In this document: positions 19,341 to 27,850 of the stretch, in pieces
Position numbering within the stretch: position 1 is the first letter of the stretch
Layout of the letters: each line of letters opens with the position of its first letter
NCBI GenBank assembly: GCA_047610025.1
Contig: JBLFZA010000002.1
Span: 1-50,699 of the forward strand
Origin: Bradymonadia bacterium
GTDB lineage: Bacteria; Myxococcota_A; Bradymonadia; REDH01
DNA length: 50,699 nt
Direction of reading: 5' to 3'
The notes under the pieces: model-generated
Told to the model about the DNA's origin: nothing
Databases searched by the model: none
What the model saw: the letters and a program-made list of their open reading frames with translations, nothing else
Made by a program: the position numbers and the translations under genes

Positions 19341-22013
19341 ATGGCTACCGGCCCTGGCGGAATTTCTGAGATGCGACCGGCCTCTAGTGGTCCCCATACG
19401 GGGATGACCGCAGGGGACGGATGGCTATGCACCGCGCTTGTGGGACGCCGTGGGCAATGTCTGCATTACCTCGCGCGCGACGAGCGCGGAAAAATCGCCG
19501 ACCTCGTCGTGCTTGCCCCTTCAGACGACGTCGCAATCAGCGAACGCGGGCTGCTCGATGAAATCGCAATGGCGGGCAGGCTACCCATCAACGTGTCGCC
19601 TGCGCTCATCGACCACGGTAAGCTGCAGGACGGCACGCCCTACTTTCTCCATAAGCGTCTTGTCGGATGTTGGCTTTCGGATTTGTTTGGCGCCTCCGGA
19701 GAACCGCTGGATCTCCCGACGGGTCTCGATGTCGCGATTCAACTCGCAGACGCACTCGACGTCTGCCACCGACGCGACCTTGTTCACCGGTGGGTCAAGC
19801 CGACGACACTCTTCATCACGCGGGACGGCGAAGTGCGCTTGCCCCCCGTAGGAGACGCGAGTGTTGTTGCCTCAGCGTGGGATGACACAGCGTTCACAGC
19901 CCCGGAGCTGCTGAGGAACGACGAATCTGCGACGGGGCCCGGCGTCGATGTGTATTCAGTCGGCGCTACACTCTTCATGGTGCTCTCCGGTGTACCCCCG
20001 CTCTCAGCAGACCCAAACGCGCCCGAGACCTATGATGATCCGGCTCGTTCGGTCGCGTTCGCTGCCCCTTGGCTACCCCTTGGACTCATCGAGACGATCG
20101 ATCGAGCATTGCGTGGCGCACCCACACAGCGATTCAAGTCCGCCGGTGAGCTGGCGGCCGCTCTGCGCGAGCTGCTCGATGAAGTGGACGATGCGGTCGA
20201 TGCACCGCAAGACCCGCATGGGACTCGCCGCTCACAGCTGGGCGCGCGCGTTCGAGACACCGCGGAGGGAGTGGACCCGTTCGAGCGCGAGCACAAGTCC
20301 ATGGCCATGTCCGCAGTGTTTCAGCATCTGGCCAGCGCGTGGTCGAGCAGCATGCCCGGCGCAGAGCTCGGCAGCCGACGGGAGAACCTCGACCAAGCGT
20401 GGGCATACGTCGCGCCACTGCTAGACGAGTACACGGAAGGCGTGACCGTGGAGGTTCGCCCCTACGGACTGTACCGGCGCGGCCTACCGATTTGGCAGCC
20501 CGACCGCTCGCTTCGCACAATCACCAACGCCCTGTTTTCGGCCGGTTTCCGCACCGTCACGCTGCGACCGAAGCTCTCCCCAGAGGAATTCGAGCGATTC
20601 GTTGGATACCTGCAGGCGGTCGGAGAGCACGGCGCGAGCAGTCCGCACAGCGTTGCGCTCGCCTTCGACGACGCTAGGTTTGCCGGTGTGCAGGCGGATA
20701 TTCGCGTTAGCCTAGACCGCACGCGAGTGTTGCGAGATCCCACCGTTGAGCAGGAGCTTGAAGAGCTGCGAAGCGAAGTGGACGAAGAACTCCAAGACGA
20801 CCGTTGGTGTCGCGGCCAAGTAGCGGCCCGACTGGTGCGCATTCGCGCTCTCGACACCCGCGAGTCTTGGAGCGCCAACGATTCGCGTTCTCCATTGATT
20901 CGGGGGGCTCGCTCCGCCTACGCGCAGCTTGGTCCGCCCCCGGGCATTGGAATCACATCGCGGTCCCTTGCCGACGTCAAGACCTGCGTCGACAGCGACG
21001 ACTTCTTAGACCGCCAGGGCGTCACGGCGGCGGCTGCGCTACTTCAAGGGTCGACCGAAGGCGGAAGCGCATCCGTTGAAATGTCGTGGCGCGCAGCGGT
21101 ACACAATACGACGGATGATGACGAAGCGCTCGCGTACGTGCTGGACTGCATCGACGCGATTCCGGGCGCGCTGGCACCCGGGTTGCTGAGTCGGCTTTTG
21201 GACCCGGTAACGAGCCGGCGGCTCTTGGTCGCGCTGACCAATACGTACGACGGACGGCTCGTCGAGCAGCGCATAAAGACGCTTGTGGCCGCTCTGTCTC
21301 CGGGGGCGTTCGACGCGATGCTAACCGCCTACGAGCAGTGCTTTGAGACCAGCTTGGGAGCCGAACTCCGGCAGCACCTGCAGCGACAGGTTTACCCAGA
21401 GCAGATCATGGTCGCGCAGCGAATCGCCTCGATGGCTGCGCCCGTAGCCCTCGACATCCTCGATATGTGTCGTTCGAAGACGTCCGACCTGTCACGAATC
21501 TCGCTCGGGGCGCTCCAGCATCAGGATACCGGCGCCAAGGTGCACGCCGTGCGGGACAGCTTCGAGGAGCATCCCGCTGAGGTCCTGCCTCACGTCATCT
21601 CGCTGTTGGACTGTGAGGACGCGAGCGTTCGCTCGAGTGCGCTTGAGGTCTTCGAACAACACCGCCCGGCGAGCGCGTCGCGAGCGATTTACGCACGACT
21701 GCAGCCTACAGATGCCGTCGCGCGCTCCCCCGGCGAGCACAAACGCCTCCTCATGTTGCTCTTTGAAATCTCGCCTGCTGAGGGAGAGCGTCACGCGAAC
21801 GCTCTGGTCCGTACCCACGGCGCTCTGCCCGACGCCGAGCTTGATGCGCGCAGACGAGTGGCCGTTCAGCTACTGGGCTCGCATGCGTCCTCCCCAGAAG
21901 CACTAGAAGCTGCCGAACTGGCGAGCGGACGATGGTGGTGGAATACGCCGGAGCTTCGGGACGCCGCACGCTCCGCTGTGGCGGCCATCAAGCGACGGGG
22001 GGGAGTCTCATGA
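19341..22013 (+). CDS. Ser/Thr pseudokinase with C-terminal HEAT-like repeats
   Basis: The kinase fold is recognisable (APE, DVYSVGATLF, R of subdomain XI), but VAIK is ADLV, HRD is HRW and DFG is PVG. HEAT-like LLDCEDASVRSSALEVF near the C-terminus. Confidence 0.85.
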   Translation: MATGPGGISEMRPASSGPHTGMTAGDGWLCTALVGRRGQCLHYLARDERGKIADLVVLAPSDDVAISERGLLDEIAMAGRLPINVSPALIDHGKLQDGTPYFLHKRLVGCWLSDLFGASGEPLDLPTGLDVAIQLADALDVCHRRDLVHRWVKPTTLFITRDGEVRLPPVGDASVVASAWDDTAFTAPELLRNDESATGPGVDVYSVGATLFMVLSGVPPLSADPNAPETYDDPARSVAFAAPWLPLGLIETIDRALRGAPTQRFKSAGELAAALRELLDEVDDAVDAPQDPHGTRRSQLGARVRDTAEGVDPFEREHKSMAMSAVFQHLASAWSSSMPGAELGSRRENLDQAWAYVAPLLDEYTEGVTVEVRPYGLYRRGLPIWQPDRSLRTITNALFSAGFRTVTLRPKLSPEEFERFVGYLQAVGEHGASSPHSVALAFDDARFAGVQADIRVSLDRTRVLRDPTVEQELEELRSEVDEELQDDRWCRGQVAARLVRIRALDTRESWSANDSRSPLIRGARSAYAQLGPPPGIGITSRSLADVKTCVDSDDFLDRQGVTAAAALLQGSTEGGSASVEMSWRAAVHNTTDDDEALAYVLDCIDAIPGALAPGLLSRLLDPVTSRRLLVALTNTYDGRLVEQRIKTLVAALSPGAFDAMLTAYEQCFETSLGAELRQHLQRQVYPEQIMVAQRIASMAAPVALDILDMCRSKTSDLSRISLGALQHQDTGAKVHAVRDSFEEHPAEVLPHVISLLDCEDASVRSSALEVFEQHRPASASRAIYARLQPTDAVARSPGEHKRLLMLLFEISPAEGERHANALVRTHGALPDAELDARRRVAVQLLGSHASSPEALEAAELASGRWWWNTPELRDAARSAVAAIKRRGGVS

Positions 22014-24184
22014 TCCCCGAGCCACTCGTTCTCTCGCGACTCGTAACCTCTGTCACGCGCCTGCTTTGGTGCGCATTCGCAGGAGGAACCGACCAGGCGC
22101 TGCAGCTCGAGCTGTCGAAGACGGAAAGTGCGGCGAAAGACCTGACCGCCACTTCGATGCCGAGCGCGACCATTCTGTATTGCGAGCGCGGCATCTACGT
22201 CAACGAGGCGCTTTGGGACGCCGACGAAGCCGCCTACAGGCTCGCCCTGCGCATCGGAAGTCGACTTCGGAGGAGCGGCTTTAACCTCGTCTCGATTGGC
22301 TCCGATGTCACAGTGGACGACCTGCGCCTCATGCTGCACGCGCTCAATGGCGACGCCACGGAGGCCGTGCAGGATTCGACGCGCGCGACGTACTCTGCGG
22401 CGGCGCGGCTGCGCTCGGTGGCTCATTCCCTCGTTGACGACGACCATCGCCCGACAGCCCACTCGCGCGGAAACGCATCCTACTTGTATGCAAGCGCGGT
22501 CGTGCAATGTCGCACGGCGCTGCGCGCGCTCAATCGTGATGCGCAGTTCGAAGGCGCTGCGCTTGAAGTTGTGGGACATCGCATCGTGCAGTTGGTTCTG
22601 GAGACGCCCGATACAGCTCTGGCGTTGACTCGCATACAAATCGATGAGGTCGCTACTCGAGCTGTCAATACAGCGCTGCTGGCGGTGAGCGCTTGCCGGC
22701 AAGTCACCACCGATGTTGTCTCGTTGCGACGCGTTGCCCTCGCGTCGCTCATGCTGGAGAGCGGTGTCGCGCGCGTCGCCGCGACATACCGCGGCGGTGA
22801 GCAGCCGGACCTTCATCGGCTCTCTGACGAGCAGGCCGGGCAGGTGCCCGCCGCGACGGCAGCCGCGGTCGCGTTACTCGGTTGGCTGGAACCAAAGTTA
22901 GTGGGTCGCGCTGTTTGTGCGTTCGAGGCTGCGTGGCGTATTGTCTTTGGCCACACGGATGACATCTATCGCGATGGAGAGCCGCCTCGATTTGAGTCGC
23001 TGCTGATTTGGGCGGCCTGGCGCTTCAATCTCATTGTGAGCAGTGTGTCGATCGATGGTCGGCGTTGCACACCGGATGCCGCAGCAGCCGCGCTGAACAG
23101 CGCGACCAACAATTCGACGGAGCGGCGCGCTGTCCTGCTCCTTCTGCGAGCGCTTGGGTTGGTCCCCCGAGGCACAGTGGTGCGCTTGGCCAGTGGCGCG
23201 CTCGGGCTCGTCGTGGCGAACGCCGTCAGCGCGGAGCACTTCGGCCTTCCCGTCGTCGAACTCTATGAAACCGCGAACGCCGAACCCGTAAACGACGTCG
23301 TTCTGGACTTCTCCAGACCCGATGAGACACTGGCAGAGTGGGGGGGCATCGCTGCCGTGCTCCGCTCGGCCGTCGCTCCCGAGAGCAAACTAGAGTCGTT
23401 GCGTGCGTTGGACGCGTCGGACGCCGCGGCGGCTCCGGCGTTCATCGTCGCGAGGCGCCCCGCCTACACGCCTCTCGACCTCCACGCGGTAACTGATGCA
23501 GGGCCTAGCAAGCAGAAAGCACACGACGAAGCATCGGCGATTGCCGTGCGCGAACGAGCAGAAGACGACCTCGACACAATCTTGGCGAGCTACTTCGATT
23601 CACCGAGCGCGTCTCGCCCCGTCTTGTCCCAAGACTCGGTCAAACGAGCAGAGCACCGCCTCATCGGACGTCGAGAGGCAAGCGACGCCACTGAGCAATT
23701 GACGGACCTGCTCTCGGACTACCTCGATCAGACGGGCGCCCAAACTGACCCTTCGGACGATTCTCAATCGGGAGTCACGACGAATCCACACCCTGACGCG
23801 CTCAACTCTGTCGGCCCATCCGGCATGCGAGATACGCTGCCCGAAATGGGCGTCTCGGCGGCGGAGATTCTTCACGCTCACTTATCTTCCGTGTCGCAGG
23901 CTGGCGCTGCCGATGATTTGATGGACACTGGCGAGCTCCCCAAAGCGCACTCGAACGAATCAGAATTAACGCAAGACGTACCAGCGCTCAGTCGAGAAAT
24001 CGCCGACCAGCGCCTTCTCGATGCCGCGAGAGAGTCGGCAAACGCGAAGCGAGCCGACTCCGGAGCAGAGTCGAACCGCCACCTCGACCCTGCCCAGGCA
24101 CCGGCACCGGCACAGACGCCCGCTAACAGAGACTCATCGGCGCAGGCCAACAACGAAGCAGCTCCCCCCATCGAAGAGGAATAG
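22010..24184 (+). CDS. Degenerate HD-GYP-like protein with long acidic disordered tail
   Basis: RAVNTALLAV aligns to HD-GYP HSxNVA; LMLESG stands where LLHDIG is expected; C-terminal LGLVPRGTVVRLASGALGLVV...PVV is typical of HD-GYP tails. ATGA overlap with the upstream gene. Confidence 0.7.
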   Translation: MIPEPLVLSRLVTSVTRLLWCAFAGGTDQALQLELSKTESAAKDLTATSMPSATILYCERGIYVNEALWDADEAAYRLALRIGSRLRRSGFNLVSIGSDVTVDDLRLMLHALNGDATEAVQDSTRATYSAAARLRSVAHSLVDDDHRPTAHSRGNASYLYASAVVQCRTALRALNRDAQFEGAALEVVGHRIVQLVLETPDTALALTRIQIDEVATRAVNTALLAVSACRQVTTDVVSLRRVALASLMLESGVARVAATYRGGEQPDLHRLSDEQAGQVPAATAAAVALLGWLEPKLVGRAVCAFEAAWRIVFGHTDDIYRDGEPPRFESLLIWAAWRFNLIVSSVSIDGRRCTPDAAAAALNSATNNSTERRAVLLLLRALGLVPRGTVVRLASGALGLVVANAVSAEHFGLPVVELYETANAEPVNDVVLDFSRPDETLAEWGGIAAVLRSAVAPESKLESLRALDASDAAAAPAFIVARRPAYTPLDLHAVTDAGPSKQKAHDEASAIAVRERAEDDLDTILASYFDSPSASRPVLSQDSVKRAEHRLIGRREASDATEQLTDLLSDYLDQTGAQTDPSDDSQSGVTTNPHPDALNSVGPSGMRDTLPEMGVSAAEILHAHLSSVSQAGAADDLMDTGELPKAHSNESELTQDVPALSREIADQRLLDAARESANAKRADSGAESNRHLDPAQAPAPAQTPANRDSSAQANNEAAPPIEEE

Positions 24185-24186
24185 CA

Positions 24187-24951
24187 GTGTTTGGATTACG
24201 CATCATCAGAGCTCCGAAACGTGGCCTCGTCTTTCGCCTTGGGAAGCCCAACCGTGTGCTCGGGCCTGGCGTGCACTGGGTAAGCCCGATTATCGAGCGA
24301 CTGCTACAGGTGTCGACGTCTCTGGTCACGGCCGAGGTCGACATCGACGTCATCACCCGCGGCGGCACACCCACAACAATCAAGATCGGCTACACGGCGC
24401 GAGTGACCGATGTAGAAGCGGCGCTTATCAACGTCAGCAATGCGTTCGCCACACTGCGGGCAAACGTCATCGCCGTCGTCTCGGGCGCTGCCAACAGCTA
24501 CACCATCGATGAGCTCGCACAGCGCAAGACCGAGATCGCTGCAGCGGCGGAACAGGAGCTGCTCGATCTGAGCAATCTTAACGGATGGGGACTTGGAGGG
24601 ATGCAAATCGCCATCGGCGACCCCTCGATGACCGACGAACTGAAGCGCCTGCTGATGCGCGAGGAAGCCGTGCGCCGCGAGAATGCAGCGAATCTGCAGC
24701 GCGCGCGAAACCACATGCGCGTCGGCGAGCAGCTGCTCCAGGTCGCCACAATGCTGGAGGACTCGCCATTTGCGCGAGAGCTGCTACGGCTGCAAATGCT
24801 GTCCGATATGGGTTCGGGTGGGAAGATCATCGTGGTCGACAGCCAGTCCATGTCCGGGCAGGCGGCGTTGAAGCAAGAGGCCACCGACGAAATGTCGCGG
24901 GCCAAACATCAGCCAACCCTCAACGCATTGCCGCCGGCCCCTGCCCAGTAG
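24187..24951 (+). CDS. SPFH / band-7 (stomatin-like) protein
   Basis: GLVFRLGK...GPGVHWVSPIIE; coiled coil; ELLRLQML tail. GTG start 2 nt after the upstream stop. Confidence 0.88.
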   Translation: MFGLRIIRAPKRGLVFRLGKPNRVLGPGVHWVSPIIERLLQVSTSLVTAEVDIDVITRGGTPTTIKIGYTARVTDVEAALINVSNAFATLRANVIAVVSGAANSYTIDELAQRKTEIAAAAEQELLDLSNLNGWGLGGMQIAIGDPSMTDELKRLLMREEAVRRENAANLQRARNHMRVGEQLLQVATMLEDSPFARELLRLQMLSDMGSGGKIIVVDSQSMSGQAALKQEATDEMSRAKHQPTLNALPPAPAQ

Positions 24952-24980
24952 GCGCGCAAGTCATACAGCGTGCGACTGCG

Positions 24981-25622
24981 TCAGCCGTCGAAGCGGAACG
25001 AACCGACGAAGCGCGACAGCGCCTCGGCCTGCGCGCCGATCGAGATCCGCGACCCCGTGCACTTCAGAAAGTGGGGCGCATCGGGCGTCTCGAAGACGGC
25101 GGCGAAGAGCGCGTGTTCATCGAAGCGCTCTGGAGGCCCCTGCATCGTTGGCCCCTGTGAGGTAAACGTGCCCGTCACCTGCAAGAGCGTCGCTTCTACC
25201 CCGCCGACTTGCATCGTCATGCGCTGCGCTCGTTCTTCGCTCGAGCTGCCATCGGGCTGTTCAAACTGACCGACCCAACGGGAGATGTTGGCGTCCGTCG
25301 ACCCTCCGCCAGGGAACCGAAACAACGCGCACTCGATCGCCCCAAGCTCGTCGGTCGCCGGCATCACGAACTGGGCAACACGCATGCTGCTCGACGGCGG
25401 CTCCGACCGCCAGCCGGGCGGGAGAGTCCACTGCGCTTCTCCGGCCACGCTTGTGGGCGCTTCGCCGGGCGCCGGCGCCGTCCCCCCGGCTAGGGGAGCT
25501 GTCGTCGCGACGTATGGCGCGTTCCCGTCCGCCTCTGAGCCCGCCCCCACCGTGGGCGGCGCCACACAGGCCGCCAACAAACTTGAGAAGACCACAACGC
25601 GGACCATGAACAACCGAGGCAT
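24981..25622 (-). CDS. Hypothetical lipoprotein
   Basis: Lipobox LLAAC; motifs PPGW, SSMRVAQF, ANISRWVGQF, FLKCTG. Confidence 0.75.
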   Translation of the reverse strand: MPRLFMVRVVVFSSLLAACVAPPTVGAGSEADGNAPYVATTAPLAGGTAPAPGEAPTSVAGEAQWTLPPGWRSEPPSSSMRVAQFVMPATDELGAIECALFRFPGGGSTDANISRWVGQFEQPDGSSSEERAQRMTMQVGGVEATLLQVTGTFTSQGPTMQGPPERFDEHALFAAVFETPDAPHFLKCTGSRISIGAQAEALSRFVGSFRFDG

Positions 25623-26387
25623 CTATTCTCCGAGGATTCCGGTAATGACCGGCATTGCGACCTGCAGACGTTCCGCGGCGCGCAACGCGCGCGCGACCCT
25701 CTGCTGGGCCGTTCGTCCCCTGGTGGGTAGGGCCGCAAACCCGGCAAGTCCAGCGTTCACGGCTATCGCAATCTCAGGCGTTGCCCTTGGGTGTCCCGCC
25801 ATCACGGCGCTCAACAAAACGGCCTCGTTTACCACTGCCTCAGCGAGCTCCGGCTCCGCGGCGAGCCACTGACCAACAGGTCTCGCCTCGCGAACGCCGA
25901 GCGCGTTGATTGCGACGACGAACGCATATTTCGCGGCCGCCTCTACGCCGAGCTTGGACGGCTCGACGATCTGGCAAGGCAGGTCGAGGCAGGCGTGCCA
26001 CTGAGCGACGGCGCCAGCGTGCCGTCCACCGACCGCTGTCGCTCGGCTGACAATCAACGGGAGCTTTGGCTTGCAGAGCGTCCACACGACGGCGAGAGTC
26101 GCGGCCGAGGCCTTCCAATCCTCTAGCTGGCTTGAGAAAAGCTCGTTCTGAACGAAGATAAGATCGTCGCGCCTCTCAATCGGCACTTGCTCCACAACGG
26201 CGTCGATCGCGTCCTCTCCAACGGCGCACAGAATCGGTGTCCCTTCAGGGTGCGCGAGCAGCGCCGGCAGCGGGTCGGTACTCCGGGTGATCGGCGTCAC
26301 CGAGTATCCCGCTCGCAGGGCACCGCCGGCGTACAATCGGCCGAGTTGCCCAACACCCCACAGAACGAGCTGAGGCGGCGCGCTCAA
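25623..26387 (-). CDS. Rossmann-fold protein (ketopantoate reductase-like)
   Basis: GVGQLG dinucleotide motif; FVQNE resembling PanE LQNG; AKY...N. Coupled to both neighbours. Confidence 0.65.
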   Translation of the reverse strand: MSAPPQLVLWGVGQLGRLYAGGALRAGYSVTPITRSTDPLPALLAHPEGTPILCAVGEDAIDAVVEQVPIERRDDLIFVQNELFSSQLEDWKASAATLAVVWTLCKPKLPLIVSRATAVGGRHAGAVAQWHACLDLPCQIVEPSKLGVEAAAKYAFVVAINALGVREARPVGQWLAAEPELAEAVVNEAVLLSAVMAGHPRATPEIAIAVNAGLAGFAALPTRGRTAQQRVARALRAAERLQVAMPVITGILGE

Positions 26388-27757
26388 AGCGACCCTCCGA
26401 ACTCTGCTCCTGGAATGAGCGCGATCGCTTGACGAAGCTCAGAAATGGCGTGCTCGACGTCGTCTGCGGCACCCACCTCGTACATCACGCGGAAGTTCTC
26501 CACGTGCAAACGGCCCGTCGTCCCCTTCGCGCTTAGAAACGCAACGATCTCGCCACATGACGAGAACCGGTCAGCCGGATCCTTTTTCATGCACTTATCG
26601 ATGAGCTCGAGCAAATCGGTGGGAACCGAGTCGACCATTGAGCGTGGATCCGGCGGCGCGTCCTCCACATGACGGCGCTGAACTTCCGACTTGCTCTGAC
26701 CTGCGAAGGGGCGTTCCCCGGTGAGCATCTCGAAGGCCAGAACGCCGAAATTATAGATATCGGTGCGGTGATCGAGTTCGAGCCCCTGCGCTTGCTCAGG
26801 AGACATGTAGTACGGCGTGCCGAGCACGATGTCCTCATCCTCGACAAGCGAGTTCTCAAAGCGCTGAACCCACGCCAGCCCAAAATCCATCAGCTTGCTA
26901 GAGCCGTCTGGCAGCACGCGGACGTTGGAGGGCTTGAGGTCACGGTGAATGACGCCCAGGGAGTGGGCGTATTCAAGGGCCCTCGCCACCTGTCCCAGGA
27001 TCCGACGCACTTCTGCTGGCGCCATCGGCTTGTGCTTGATGATGCGAGAGAGGTCCTCTCCCTCCAGCATCTCCATCACGATGAAGAACGTGGCGTAGGC
27101 TTCGACCATGTCGAACACCTGCACGATGTGCGGATGGCGAAGTCCAGCGATGATCTTTGCTTCGTTCCGGAAGCGTTCCGCAAAGTTCCTTCGGTAAACC
27201 AACTGGTGGGAGAGCATTTTCACCGCGACCGGACGATCGAGGCTGCGCTGACGTCCCTCAAAAACGAGCGACATGCCGCCGCGACCAATGCGGCGGAACA
27301 GGCTGTACTGCCCGACGGTGCGGATACCGTCGTTCTCGAGCAGCCGGTCCCCGAGCAGCTCCGTCAAGTAGGCCGCCACGTGGGGCGCAGAGTCGAGCAG
27401 CGCCAGAACGGCGTCGCGAGGGACCGCGAGCAGCATGCACTGCGTCGACGCAAACGCATCAGCCGAGCGCGGTGAGCCGGTCAACAGAGCGAGCTCTCCC
27501 AGGCACTGCCCTGGAGGCAGGTGCGCCTCGAACTTCAACGTCCCACTGTTCTCACGAACCGGCACCGAGACATGCCCGGAGGCGATAATGTACATCTCGT
27601 GCCCGGGCGCCCCGCGCCGCAGAATCTGATCGCCCTCTGCGAATCGGTCGATTCGGATACTGCGCGACAGCGCGCGTAACTGCAGCGGAGACAAGGTGTC
27701 GAATGGCGCGACACGTGCGAGGTGAGCGGCTATTTTGTCCGCGTGCGGGTTGGTCAT
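26384..27757 (-). CDS. Cyclic-nucleotide-binding domain fused to an intact Ser/Thr protein kinase
   Basis: cNMP motif GELALLTGSPRSA; kinase GRGGMS, VAVK, HRDLKPSN, DFG, GTPYYMSPEQ. Confidence 0.93.
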   Translation of the reverse strand: MTNPHADKIAAHLARVAPFDTLSPLQLRALSRSIRIDRFAEGDQILRRGAPGHEMYIIASGHVSVPVRENSGTLKFEAHLPPGQCLGELALLTGSPRSADAFASTQCMLLAVPRDAVLALLDSAPHVAAYLTELLGDRLLENDGIRTVGQYSLFRRIGRGGMSLVFEGRQRSLDRPVAVKMLSHQLVYRRNFAERFRNEAKIIAGLRHPHIVQVFDMVEAYATFFIVMEMLEGEDLSRIIKHKPMAPAEVRRILGQVARALEYAHSLGVIHRDLKPSNVRVLPDGSSKLMDFGLAWVQRFENSLVEDEDIVLGTPYYMSPEQAQGLELDHRTDIYNFGVLAFEMLTGERPFAGQSKSEVQRRHVEDAPPDPRSMVDSVPTDLLELIDKCMKKDPADRFSSCGEIVAFLSAKGTTGRLHVENFRVMYEVGAADDVEHAISELRQAIALIPGAEFGGSL

Positions 27758-27850
27758 TGCGTGGGGGACTCGTCATACGGGCCAAACAGGCAGTAATGTG
27801 CATTCTAGCCTTAGCACAGCTGTGCTGCACCGACCGCCCCCGAAGAGACA

